A stretch of 64,000 nt of DNA from Nitrosotalea sp. GTDB lineage: Bacteria; Methylomirabilota; Methylomirabilia; Rokubacteriales; CSP1-6. Positions within the stretch are counted from its first letter, which is position 1, and every line of letters starts with the position of its first letter. This document shows, piece after piece, positions 27,030 to 34,751 of this stretch. The DNA lies in the NCBI GenBank assembly GCA_035519555.1, contig DATIWG010000051.1:130520-194519 (forward strand). The letters are read 5' to 3'. The notes under the pieces are model-generated. The model made no database searches, was not told the origin of the DNA, and was given only the letters and a program-made list of their open reading frames with translations. A program made the position numbers and the translations under genes.

Positions 27030-27784
27030 AGCACCGACATCCCCCCGTCCACGAACAGCACCTGACCGGTGACATACGGAGAGCATGTCGCGAAGAAGCA
27101 CACCGCCTGCGCCACGTCGGCCGGGGTGCCGTGGCGGCCCATCGGGATGCGCGCGGCCAGCCGGCGTCCCGACTCGCGCGGGAATCCCTCGGGCAGCAGC
27201 ACCACGCCGGGGGCCACCGCGTTCACTTGGATGCGGGGCGCGAGCGCCGCGGCCAGCCCGCGCGTGAGCATGACCACGCCCGCCTTGGAGACGCCGTAGG
27301 GCACGTAGCCGGGCCAGGCCCGGACCGCGCCCACATCCGCGATGTTGATGATGCGCCCGCCGCGGCGTCCCATGACCCGCGCGGCGGCCTGGCTGCAGAA
27401 GAATGGCCCGCGTAGGTTGATCGCGATGAGCCGGTCGAACTGGGCCGGCGTGGTGGTCTCGACCGGGGTGCGGAAGAAGATGGCCGCGTTGTTGACCAGG
27501 ATGTCGAGTCGCCCGAGGCGCCGCGCGGCCGCCGCGACGAGCCCGCGCGCCTCCGCCGGCCGCGCCACGTCCGCGCGCAGCGCGACGGCGCGGACGCCGC
27601 GAGCCCGGAGGTCGCGCTCGGCGGCACGCGCGGCGGCGGCGGATCGGTGGTAGCCGACGGCGACGTCGGCACCCGCGTCGGCGAGCGCGCGCGCGATCTC
27701 GAGGCCCACGCGCTGAGCGCCGCCGGTCACGAGGGCCACGCGGCCCGCCAGTTTCTTGACTTGTCCCGAGCCGTGTGGTCTCAT
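27026..27784 (-). CDS. Short-chain dehydrogenase/reductase (SDR)
   Basis: Internal ATG at 27784 of ORF 27026..28165. LAGRVALVTGGAQRVG (TGxxxxG), NNAA and YGVSKAG (YxxxK) are classical SDR motifs. Confidence 0.9.
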   Translation of the reverse strand: MRPHGSGQVKKLAGRVALVTGGAQRVGLEIARALADAGADVAVGYHRSAAAARAAERDLRARGVRAVALRADVARPAEARGLVAAAARRLGRLDILVNNAAIFFRTPVETTTPAQFDRLIAINLRGPFFCSQAAARVMGRRGGRIINIADVGAVRAWPGYVPYGVSKAGVVMLTRGLAAALAPRIQVNAVAPGVVLLPEGFPRESGRRLAARIPMGRHGTPADVAQAVCFFATCSPYVTGQVLFVDGGMSVL

Positions 27785-27793
27785 CGATTCGAC

Positions 27794-28405
27794 ATGTCGG
27801 GTAGTTTCCGCAACTGGTTCAAGGTTCGTTTCATCACGGGTCTCTTCTCCACCGTTCCCGCCATCGCCACGGCCTGGCTGCTGTGGGTGTTCTGGAACGC
27901 GATCGACGATTTCTTCTCCCCGGTGTACTCGCAGATGATCGGCCGACGCATTCCCGGTCTGGGCTTCCTGACCGCGCTCGTCATCATCTTCATCATGGGC
28001 ACGATCGCCCGCAACGTGTTCGGGCGGCGCGTCCTCGCCCGCATCGAGATGCTCTTCGACCACGTGCCGATCTTTCGCAGCATCTACCCGTCCGTGAAGC
28101 AGCTGCTCGAGTCGTTCTCGCCCCAGAAGCTCAACTCGTTCAAGTCGGTGGTGCTGGCCGAGCATCCGCGCAAGGGCGAGTACGTGTTCGGCTTCGTCAC
28201 CTCGGAGGTGCTGATCGAGGGGGTCGAGGGCAAGCGGGCGATGGTCACGGTGTTCGTGCCCACCAACAACCTGTACCTGGGCGACGTCATCGTGGTGCCC
28301 AAGGAAGACACGCTGCCCACCGGGCTGACCGTCGAGGAGGGCATCCGCATCATCCTCTCCGCGGGTACCGCGACGCCGTCCCGGCTGCCGCGCGAGCGGC
28401 TCTGA
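27794..28405 (+). CDS. DUF502 family membrane protein
   Basis: ATG at 27794. FRNWFKVRFITGLFSTVPAIATAWLLWVFW...IPGLGFLTALVIIFIMG...IPIFRSIYPSVKQL...FVPTNNLYLGDVIVVP is typical of DUF502. Confidence 0.8.
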   Translation: MSGSFRNWFKVRFITGLFSTVPAIATAWLLWVFWNAIDDFFSPVYSQMIGRRIPGLGFLTALVIIFIMGTIARNVFGRRVLARIEMLFDHVPIFRSIYPSVKQLLESFSPQKLNSFKSVVLAEHPRKGEYVFGFVTSEVLIEGVEGKRAMVTVFVPTNNLYLGDVIVVPKEDTLPTGLTVEEGIRIILSAGTATPSRLPRERL

Positions 28406-29029
28406 TCACGCGGCGGGCCGGATCCCGGCCAGCCAGGCCCCGATCGCCTCGCCGAGCGGATACAGCTTGCCGAAGAAGAAGTGGTCCGCGCCCTCGATGA
28501 CGCGCTCCTCCGCTCCGGTGGCCTCGGCCAGCCGGTGGAGGCTCTCGACCGGGCAGTAGCCGTCCCGAGTACCGGCCGTCAGGAGCACCGGGCCGGTGCT
28601 CCGCCCGAGGAAGCCGAAATCGTACATGCCGAGCGGCGGAGCGACCAGGGCCATCGCCGCGTCGCCCGGACGCGTGGCTCGAGCGGCGACGTGAGCTCCG
28701 AACGAGTAGCCGATCACACCGATGGGGGCGCCCACGGGCAGGGCAGTGGCCAGCGCGGCCATCGCCGCCCGCACGTCGTCCTGCTCCCCCCGTCCCTCGT
28801 CGTGGGCGCCCTCGGACTGCCCGACCCCCCGGAAATTGAACCGCAGCGTGGCATATCCAGCGGCGTGGGCGACCTCCGCGGCCCTGATCACGACGGGGTT
28901 GTCCATGTCCCCGCCGTAGAGCGGGTGCGGGTGGCACAGGACGAACCCACCCCGGGCGGTCCCGCTCGGCGCAAGCCGCGCCTCCAGGGCCAGCCCTCCG
29001 GGCACGGTGACCGCGATGCCTTCCTCCAT
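28406..29029 (-). CDS. Alpha/beta hydrolase
   Basis: LCHPHPLYGGDMDNPVV...LRFNFRGVGQSEG...GYSFGA (nucleophile elbow GxSxG)...GADHFF. I prefer the ATG at 29029 over the TTG at 29068 used by the track. Confidence 0.75.
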   Translation of the reverse strand: MEEGIAVTVPGGLALEARLAPSGTARGGFVLCHPHPLYGGDMDNPVVIRAAEVAHAAGYATLRFNFRGVGQSEGAHDEGRGEQDDVRAAMAALATALPVGAPIGVIGYSFGAHVAARATRPGDAAMALVAPPLGMYDFGFLGRSTGPVLLTAGTRDGYCPVESLHRLAEATGAEERVIEGADHFFFGKLYPLGEAIGAWLAGIRPAA

Positions 29030-29096
29030 ACGAATCCCGACCTTAGGGACTCGGCCCGGAATATTCAAGGGGCGGCTCGCGTCTCAGCCTACGAGG

Positions 29097-29102
29097 TATA
29101 CT
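29097..29102 (+). promoter_or_regulatory. Candidate -10 box (TATACT) placing the transcription start on the ATG at 29110 (leaderless)
   Basis: TATACT is followed by 7 nt (TTTGATC) and then the ATG. There is no Shine-Dalgarno sequence. Confidence 0.35.
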
Positions 29103-29109
29103 TTTGATC

Positions 29110-29631
29110 ATGTCGACGCCGGGATGCCTGTGGAACCGCCCTCGGCTCGAGAGGCTCGTGGACGGGGCCCTCGGCCCGTGGATGGGTCGGATGGCCACCC
29201 AGCACGCCTCCCGCTGTCCCAGCTGTGGCCCCGAGGTGGAGCGGCTGCGGCGGCTCCGGGCGCTCATCCAGAGCAGCCAGGTGGAGGTCGCTGACCCCGA
29301 CTGGTCCGGTTTCTGGCCGTCTGTCCGAACGCGGATCGTCCAGGAGGTCCCTCGGCCGGTCCGTGATGCCTGGTGGCTGCCCTACTGGAAGCCGGTCTGG
29401 GGCCACCCGCGGATGGCCCTGAGCGGCGTCCTGGTCTCGACCCTGGCCGTCGCGCTGGTCATGTGGCCGAGCGTGCATGCGCCGATGTCCAGGGCGGTCG
29501 CGGCGGCCGTGGAGGTGCAGGACGTATCGAGCCCCGATCCGGAGCGCAGCGTGATGGTCTTCTCGAACCCGGATGACGACGTGACCGTGATCTGGGTGTT
29601 CAACCCCGCCGAGCAGGACGAGCAGTCGTAG
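29110..29631 (+). CDS. Anti-sigma factor, zf-HC2 type, single-pass membrane protein
   Basis: The Hx3Cx2C zinc motif is HASRCPSC. One TM segment is present (MALSGVLVSTLAVALVMW). No ECF sigma gene is adjacent. The track start at TTG 29104 is 2 codons upstream. Confidence 0.65.
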   Translation: MSTPGCLWNRPRLERLVDGALGPWMGRMATQHASRCPSCGPEVERLRRLRALIQSSQVEVADPDWSGFWPSVRTRIVQEVPRPVRDAWWLPYWKPVWGHPRMALSGVLVSTLAVALVMWPSVHAPMSRAVAAAVEVQDVSSPDPERSVMVFSNPDDDVTVIWVFNPAEQDEQS

Positions 29632-29633
29632 CT

Positions 29634-29655
29634 CGCTTCCGCGCCTGGCGGAGCG
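29634..29655. terminator. Hairpin between convergent genes (possible bidirectional terminator)
   Basis: CGCT(T)CCGC - GCCTG - GCGGAGCG forms an 8-bp stem with one bulge. It lies between the stop at 29631 (+) and the stop at 29662 (-). There is no U-tract. Confidence 0.35.
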
Positions 29656-29661
29656 GACCCG

Positions 29662-30534
29662 CTACTCCTTCAGGCCGGCCAGCCGCTCCTTCGCCAGCGG
29701 GGCCTCTTCCGACTGCGGGAAGTGCTCGACGAGGTATTGTAGCCTCGCCTGAGCCAGCGCGGTCTGCTTGAGCTCGACCAAGGCCAGGGCTTCCTTGTAG
29801 AGCGCGGTCGGCACCTTGCTGCCGCGGGGGTAGGCGACCACCACCTTGCGGAACTCCTGGACCGCCTGCTCCATGTTCTCTCGCGCCTTCTCGGGCTGAC
29901 CCGCGGTGGCGCGCGCGAGGCTGAAGTAGGCCTCGCCGATCCAGTACTGCGCGCTGTCCGCGAGCGCTGAATCCGGGAAGCGCCGGAGGAAATCGCGGAA
30001 GCCCGACACGGCCAGGGGGTAGAGGCCCTTGCTGAAGTCCAGATACGCGGCCTGGTAGCTCTCCTCGGCGGAGGCGCCGGCGCGCGCGGGTGGGGGCACC
30101 GCCGCCACGGAAGGAGCGGGTCCGGGGGTCGCCCCTGAGCGGGCGGGCGGGGGGGCGCCGCCGCCGGATGGAGCCGGCTGGCGCCCCATGCTGTCCACCC
30201 GCTGCGACAGATCATCGACGCGTGCCGATACGCGGGCGACCTCCTGGGAGAGCGCATCGAGGCGCGCATTCAGCGCCGCGAGCTGCTTGGAGGTCTCGAT
30301 GGACTGCTCGCGGGTGCGTCGGTCGAGCTGGCCCACCACCGTCTCGGTGTCGCCGCGGCTGCGGTGGACGTTGAGGGTCAGCGAGTTGAGATCCTGGCGG
30401 ATCTGGGCCACGTCCTGCTGGAGCGAGTCGCCGGAGACGTCGGCGCAACCCGCGCTCCCCGCCACGACCGCGGCGAGGAGGCTCCAAGCAACGAAGGGGA
30501 GCCGGAGGCTCCCCTTCGTCATCGACCTGCGCAC
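29662..30534 (-). CDS. cpoB: Tol-Pal system protein CpoB/YbgF
   Basis: N-terminal signal/lipobox (AGSAGC), a coiled-coil region, a Pro-rich linker, and a C-terminal TPR region: YQAAYLDFSKGLYPLAVSGFRDFLRRFPDS..ADSAQYWIGEAYF. It is the last gene of the tol-pal cluster. Confidence 0.85.
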   Translation of the reverse strand: MRRSMTKGSLRLPFVAWSLLAAVVAGSAGCADVSGDSLQQDVAQIRQDLNSLTLNVHRSRGDTETVVGQLDRRTREQSIETSKQLAALNARLDALSQEVARVSARVDDLSQRVDSMGRQPAPSGGGAPPPARSGATPGPAPSVAAVPPPARAGASAEESYQAAYLDFSKGLYPLAVSGFRDFLRRFPDSALADSAQYWIGEAYFSLARATAGQPEKARENMEQAVQEFRKVVVAYPRGSKVPTALYKEALALVELKQTALAQARLQYLVEHFPQSEEAPLAKERLAGLKE

Positions 30535-30554
30535 GGGATCGTCCCCGGCGTGGT

Positions 30555-31130
30555 TCAGCGCGCCTTGGTCAGGAAGTGCGACCGCCGGTTCTTGGCCCAG
30601 CAGTCCTCGGTGTGCTCGGTGCAGGTCGGTCGCTCCTTGCCGTACGAGATGATCGTGATGCGGCTGGCCTGCACGCCCTGGGCGACCAGGTAGTTCATCG
30701 TGGACTTCGCGCGACGCTCGCCGAGGGCGAGGTTGTATTCGTTGGTGCCGCGCTCGTCACAGTGTCCCTCGATCAGCACCAGGTTGTCGTTCGACTTCAG
30801 CCACGCCGCGTTGGCATCCAGCGTCTTCGCGTCGTTGGGCCGGATGTCGTACTTGTCGAAGTCGAAGAACACGTCCTTGAGGTTGGCGTTCTCCGCGAAC
30901 TCGCTCGGACGCGGCGGCGTCGCCGGCGCGGCGGTCGCGGGCGCCATCGGCGCCGGCGTCATCGAAGGAGCGGACGGGGTCGCAGGCGCCGCGGCAGAAG
31001 GCGCCGCGCCGCTCGGAGCCGGCGCAGAGGCCGCCGTCGTTGCCGGCCGCTTGGGACACCCCACGAGGAAGAGAGAGAGGGCGAGCACTGGGATTGCGAG
31101 CAGCTGCGCGCTTCCCCGTCGATGCGCCAT
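30555..31130 (-). CDS. pal: Peptidoglycan-associated lipoprotein Pal (OmpA-like C-terminal domain)
   Basis: The ATG at 31130 is preceded by AAGGAGG. The lipobox is LFLVGC. The OmpA domain reads VFFDFDKYDIRP...LIEGHCDERGTNEYNLALGERRA. Confidence 0.9.
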   Translation of the reverse strand: MAHRRGSAQLLAIPVLALSLFLVGCPKRPATTAASAPAPSGAAPSAAAPATPSAPSMTPAPMAPATAAPATPPRPSEFAENANLKDVFFDFDKYDIRPNDAKTLDANAAWLKSNDNLVLIEGHCDERGTNEYNLALGERRAKSTMNYLVAQGVQASRITIISYGKERPTCTEHTEDCWAKNRRSHFLTKAR

Positions 31131-31192
31131 GAGCCAGATCCTCCTTGTTTTCGTCGTCATATCACTGCGATTGGCGCCACCGGGCCATCCTA

Positions 31193-32539
31193 TCACGGAA
31201 GACGCGGTGACCAAGAAGCACTTGTTGACTCACCGGGCCCTCGCGGGAGCGGCTGCTGCTCGCTGCCGTCGGCCAGCATCGTGAACAGCTGATAGCTTCC
31301 CGACCGATTCGACTGGAACACGAGGTGCCGCCCGTTCGGAGCCCAGGACGCCCCCTCGTTGTTGCCGGGGCCGGCGGTGAGCCGGCGCAGATTGGACCCG
31401 TCGGGGCTCACCGCCCACAGGTCGAAATTGCCCTGCCGGGAGGTGTAGACGATCGTGTCGCCCTTGGGCGACCAGCGGGGCTGGGTGTTGAAGCCCGCCT
31501 GGGTGACCCGCCGCACGTTGGCTCCCTCGGCGTCCATGATGAAGATCTGGGCCCCGCCGGCGCGCTCCGAGACGAACGCCATCTCGCGCCCGGTGGGCGA
31601 CCAGCTGGGCTCGGTGTCGATGCCGGCGTAGGAGGTGAGCCGCCGGAAGGCACCGGTGGCGAGGTTCAGCACGTACACCTCCGGGTTCCCGTCGCGCGAC
31701 AGGGTGAGCGCGACCGAGCGGCCGTCCGGGCTGAAGGCGGGCGAGGTGTTGATCCCGAGGAAGCCGGCCAGCACCTGGACCGGCCGGTTCTCGAACGGGA
31801 ACATCCGGTAGAGATACGGGTAGCCCCGCATGTACGAGGTGAAGGCGAGCGAGCGGGTGTCCGGGCTCCAGACCGGCGAGAGGTTGATGGACTTGTTCGA
31901 CGTCACGCGATTGGGGTTCGCGCCGTCGTAGTCCATCATGTGCACTTCCTTGTTGCCCGAGACCACGCCGACGTAGGCGATCTTGGTGTCGGCGATCCCT
32001 AGCTCGCCGGTGAACTGCATGACCACCTCGTCGGCGATCTTGTGGGCGAGGCGGCGCGCCTGGGCCGTCGGCATCTCGATCTTCTTGGTTCCGATCAGCC
32101 GGAACTCGGGCGAGGTCAGGTCGTGCAGGCGCATCTCGACCTCGGCCCGGTCCCCCCGCAGGGTGAGCAGGCCGTGCAGGCCGGCGTGGGCGCCCGCCGC
32201 CGCGAAGTTCGCGAAAGCCGCGCGCAGGGCCGCGGGGTCGCCGGGCGCGATGGGCGGCACCTCGGTGACCACGCTGAAGAGCGCGGAGAAGGTCAGGTCC
32301 CGGGCCGCCACCTGCGGTATGCCCTTGCTCAGCCCAGCGGAGTCGGTGCCCGCGACGACCGTGAAGTTCGGGATGACGATGTTGAGCTTCTTGGCCCCGG
32401 TGGCGAGCACGTTGAGGAGCACGTCGGCGGCCTGCGAGCGGGCCGCGGGTGGGGAGGAGAGGGCGCCGGCGACCGCGGCCAGTGCCACCAAGGCCACGAG
32501 CACGCCCAGCGGACGGCCGGGACGCATCAGGTTGTCCAT
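31193..32539 (-). CDS. tolB: Tol-Pal system beta-propeller protein TolB
   Basis: 448 aa with a signal peptide and repeated SP.WSPDG.. propeller blades (SPVWSPDTRS, SPAFSPDGRS, EPSWSPTGRE, QPRWSPKGDT, GASWAPNGRH). Confidence 0.9.
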   Translation of the reverse strand: MDNLMRPGRPLGVLVALVALAAVAGALSSPPAARSQAADVLLNVLATGAKKLNIVIPNFTVVAGTDSAGLSKGIPQVAARDLTFSALFSVVTEVPPIAPGDPAALRAAFANFAAAGAHAGLHGLLTLRGDRAEVEMRLHDLTSPEFRLIGTKKIEMPTAQARRLAHKIADEVVMQFTGELGIADTKIAYVGVVSGNKEVHMMDYDGANPNRVTSNKSINLSPVWSPDTRSLAFTSYMRGYPYLYRMFPFENRPVQVLAGFLGINTSPAFSPDGRSVALTLSRDGNPEVYVLNLATGAFRRLTSYAGIDTEPSWSPTGREMAFVSERAGGAQIFIMDAEGANVRRVTQAGFNTQPRWSPKGDTIVYTSRQGNFDLWAVSPDGSNLRRLTAGPGNNEGASWAPNGRHLVFQSNRSGSYQLFTMLADGSEQQPLPRGPGESTSASWSPRLP

Positions 32540-32556
32540 GACTCACCCATTGCCTG

Positions 32557-33432
32557 TCAGCCGCGACGTAGATCGAAGGTGAAGAGGATGCGGAGCGAGG
32601 GCTTCGTCCAGTCATCTGGCAGTCGCGGAAAAGGGCTCGCTCCCATGACCGCGCGGAGGGCCGCGTTGTCATAGAAGGCGTTGCCCGAGCTCTTGTGGAT
32701 GGCGGGCGGCCCGATCGAGCCGTCGCGCTGGATCTCGACGTAGATCTGCGGCTTCTGAGACGGATCGTTGGGCTGGTTCTGGCGCTGCCACTCCTGCTCG
32801 ACCTTCTGGAGCACCAGACGCAGGTACCACGCGTAGGGGAAGTCTCCCACGTCGAGGGTCAGCGCGCCCGAGCCGGTCACGACGCCGGTGGGCGCGCCGA
32901 GCGATGCGGATTCCTGAGGGCGCGGCGACTCCGCGGTCTTCTCACCACGCCGGGCTCCCGACGGCGGCGTCGCGAGCGGCGGCAATTCCTTCTCGCCGGG
33001 GCGCGGCAGCGTGGCCGCGCGCGGCGGTAGGGGTCGCACCGTCGGCAGTGACGGGGCCGGCAGGCTCGGCGCCTCGCGCGGGGGTGCCTCGCGCGGAGGA
33101 GTCGGGGCCTTGGGCACGGGCTCAGGATCGGGCGCGCGCGGGGCCACCGGGGCCTGAGGACGAGAGGGCAGCGCCGGCGCGGGGGCCGCATTGGGCACGC
33201 CGACAGCCGCGACCATCGGCACTAGGTTCACGACCTGCACCTTCTCCGGGCGCCAGCCGCTCCACATCACGAACGCGGTGAGGCCTCCGAACACCGCCAC
33301 GTGGGCGAGGGCGGAGAAGGTGAGGGCCGCCATGGGCAGGCGGTGCCGGCTCAGCGCCGGCCCCGGTCGCCTCAGGCCGGGATCGGGGAGTGGGCCCATG
33401 GAGTAGCGACGGGCGGCCACCGTCGTGCTCAT
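32557..33432 (-). CDS. tolA: TolA/TonB-family energy-transducer protein
   Basis: N-terminal TM (ALTFSALAHVAVFGGLTAFVMW), a long Pro/Ala-rich spacer, and a TonB_C-like end (YAWYLRLVLQKVEQEW...GNAFYDNAALRAV). It sits between tolR and tolB, and its start overlaps the tolR stop. Confidence 0.7.
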   Translation of the reverse strand: MSTTVAARRYSMGPLPDPGLRRPGPALSRHRLPMAALTFSALAHVAVFGGLTAFVMWSGWRPEKVQVVNLVPMVAAVGVPNAAPAPALPSRPQAPVAPRAPDPEPVPKAPTPPREAPPREAPSLPAPSLPTVRPLPPRAATLPRPGEKELPPLATPPSGARRGEKTAESPRPQESASLGAPTGVVTGSGALTLDVGDFPYAWYLRLVLQKVEQEWQRQNQPNDPSQKPQIYVEIQRDGSIGPPAIHKSSGNAFYDNAALRAVMGASPFPRLPDDWTKPSLRILFTFDLRRG

Positions 33433-33863
33433 CGAGCGCGAGACGGCTCCGTGACCATGCCCAGCTTCTCGATGCCGGAGCGCCGGATGCGGTCCATGGT
33501 CTCGACCACGAACCCGTACTGCAGCGCCTGATCGGCCCGCAGGTAGAGGGTCTTGTCCTGGCGGTTCTTGAACAGATCCCGCAGCGTCTGCTCGAGCGAG
33601 GCGAGCGGGACCACTTTGTCGTTGATGTGGATGGTCTGCTCCTTGGTGAGCGTGAGGACCATCCGCTCTTCGGTGGCCGTCGGCTTGCCCGCCGTCTTGG
33701 GCAGGTTGACGTCGATGCCTCGGTACATGAGGGGGGCCGTGAGCATGAAGATCAGGAGCAGCACCAGGGTGACGTCGACCAGCGGGATGATGTTGATCTC
33801 GGCCAGGGTCCCGCCGATCTGGTAGCTGCCGCCGTTGCCGCTCGAGTCGACCTTAATGGCCAT
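33429..33863 (-). CDS. tolR: Biopolymer transport protein TolR/ExbD
   Basis: 144 aa. AEINIIPLVDVTLVLLLIFMLTAP...INDKVV is the ExbD/TolR signature. Confidence 0.9.
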   Translation of the reverse strand: MAIKVDSSGNGGSYQIGGTLAEINIIPLVDVTLVLLLIFMLTAPLMYRGIDVNLPKTAGKPTATEERMVLTLTKEQTIHINDKVVPLASLEQTLRDLFKNRQDKTLYLRADQALQYGFVVETMDRIRRSGIEKLGMVTEPSRAR

Positions 33864-34590
33864 CTTTCACCCGCGACACCTTCTGCACCGGGCGGGCGAA
33901 GGCATTCAGCAGGTCCAGCGTGAAGCCTTCCATCTCCATCGCCCAGTGCTTGGTCCGGTTCACGAAGAAGTTGTACCCCATGACCGCCGGGATGGCGGCG
34001 CCGAGGCCCGCCGCGGTGGCGATCAGCGCCTCGGAGATGCCGGGCGCCACCACCGCGAGGTTGGCCGAGCCCTGCTGACCGATGCCCTGGAAGGCGGTCA
34101 TGATGCCCCACACGGTGCCGAACAGGCCGATGAAGGGCGCCGAGCTCGCCACGGTGGCCAGGAAAGGCAGGTAGCGCTCCATGCGCCCGACCTCGGAGGT
34201 GCCGGCGCGGCGCAGGGCGCGGCCCGACGCCTCGAGGCGCTCGGCGGGCAGCCCTTCCTCCGCGTCGTCGAGGATGTGGTCGACCATCTCGGCGCTGCCG
34301 TACGCGGTGACCAGCTCCTGACCGGCCGCCACGTAGAGCTGGGCGATCGGACTGTCGCGGTGCTTCTTGGCCGCCGCGTAGACCACCGAGAAGCGGCGGG
34401 CCTCGCGGAAGATCTGGCGGAAGCGGAGGGACTCGCGGTGGATCTTGCGGAATTCCCACCACTTCTCGACGATCAGCGCCCAGCAGACGATCGAGAAGAT
34501 CGCGAGCAGTAACAGGATGAGTTTGGCGACGGGACCGGCGCTGAGGACGAGGTCTGCAACGCCGCCGTTGACGCTTCCTGGCCCTGGCAC
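33853..34590 (-). CDS. tolQ: Tol-Pal proton channel protein TolQ (MotA/TolQ/ExbB family)
   Basis: GTG at 34590 lies 6 nt after AAGGAG. LATVASSAPFIGLFGTVWGIMTAF...LIATAAGLGAAIPAVMGYNFF is the family signature. The first 30 codons of the track ORF (to 34680) are AT-rich leader sequence. Confidence 0.9.
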   Translation of the reverse strand: MPGPGSVNGGVADLVLSAGPVAKLILLLLAIFSIVCWALIVEKWWEFRKIHRESLRFRQIFREARRFSVVYAAAKKHRDSPIAQLYVAAGQELVTAYGSAEMVDHILDDAEEGLPAERLEASGRALRRAGTSEVGRMERYLPFLATVASSAPFIGLFGTVWGIMTAFQGIGQQGSANLAVVAPGISEALIATAAGLGAAIPAVMGYNFFVNRTKHWAMEMEGFTLDLLNAFARPVQKVSRVKDGH

Positions 34591-34647
34591 TCGGGTCTCC
34601 TTCTCAGGTGGGTGGTGAAAGACACAGCAGCGATATTTTCTTCTTTG

Positions 34648-34677
34648 ATGATACCGGAGCGTTTTCTGGAGTGTCAA
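34648..34677 (-). promoter_or_regulatory. Sigma-70-type promoter for the tolQ operon: TTGACA, 18-nt spacer, TATCAT (minus strand)
   Basis: Read on the minus strand, TTGACA is at 34677-34672 and TATCAT at 34653-34648. The promoter lies in an AT-rich divergent intergenic region. Confidence 0.5.
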
Positions 34678-34716
34678 CAAATTCGACCCGAAAACGCTTG
34701 AAAAGTCGCTGAATTA

Positions 34717-34745
34717 TTGACAGTCTCCGCCTCCGGCCGTATAAG
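34717..34745 (+). promoter_or_regulatory. Sigma-70-type promoter for lgt: TTGACA, 17-nt spacer, TATAAG; implies a leaderless mRNA
   Basis: TTGACA at 34717-34722 and TATAAG at 34740-34745. Only 6 nt (CCTTCT) separate the -10 box from the ATG at 34752, and there is no Shine-Dalgarno sequence. Confidence 0.55.
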
Positions 34746-34751
34746 CCTTCT

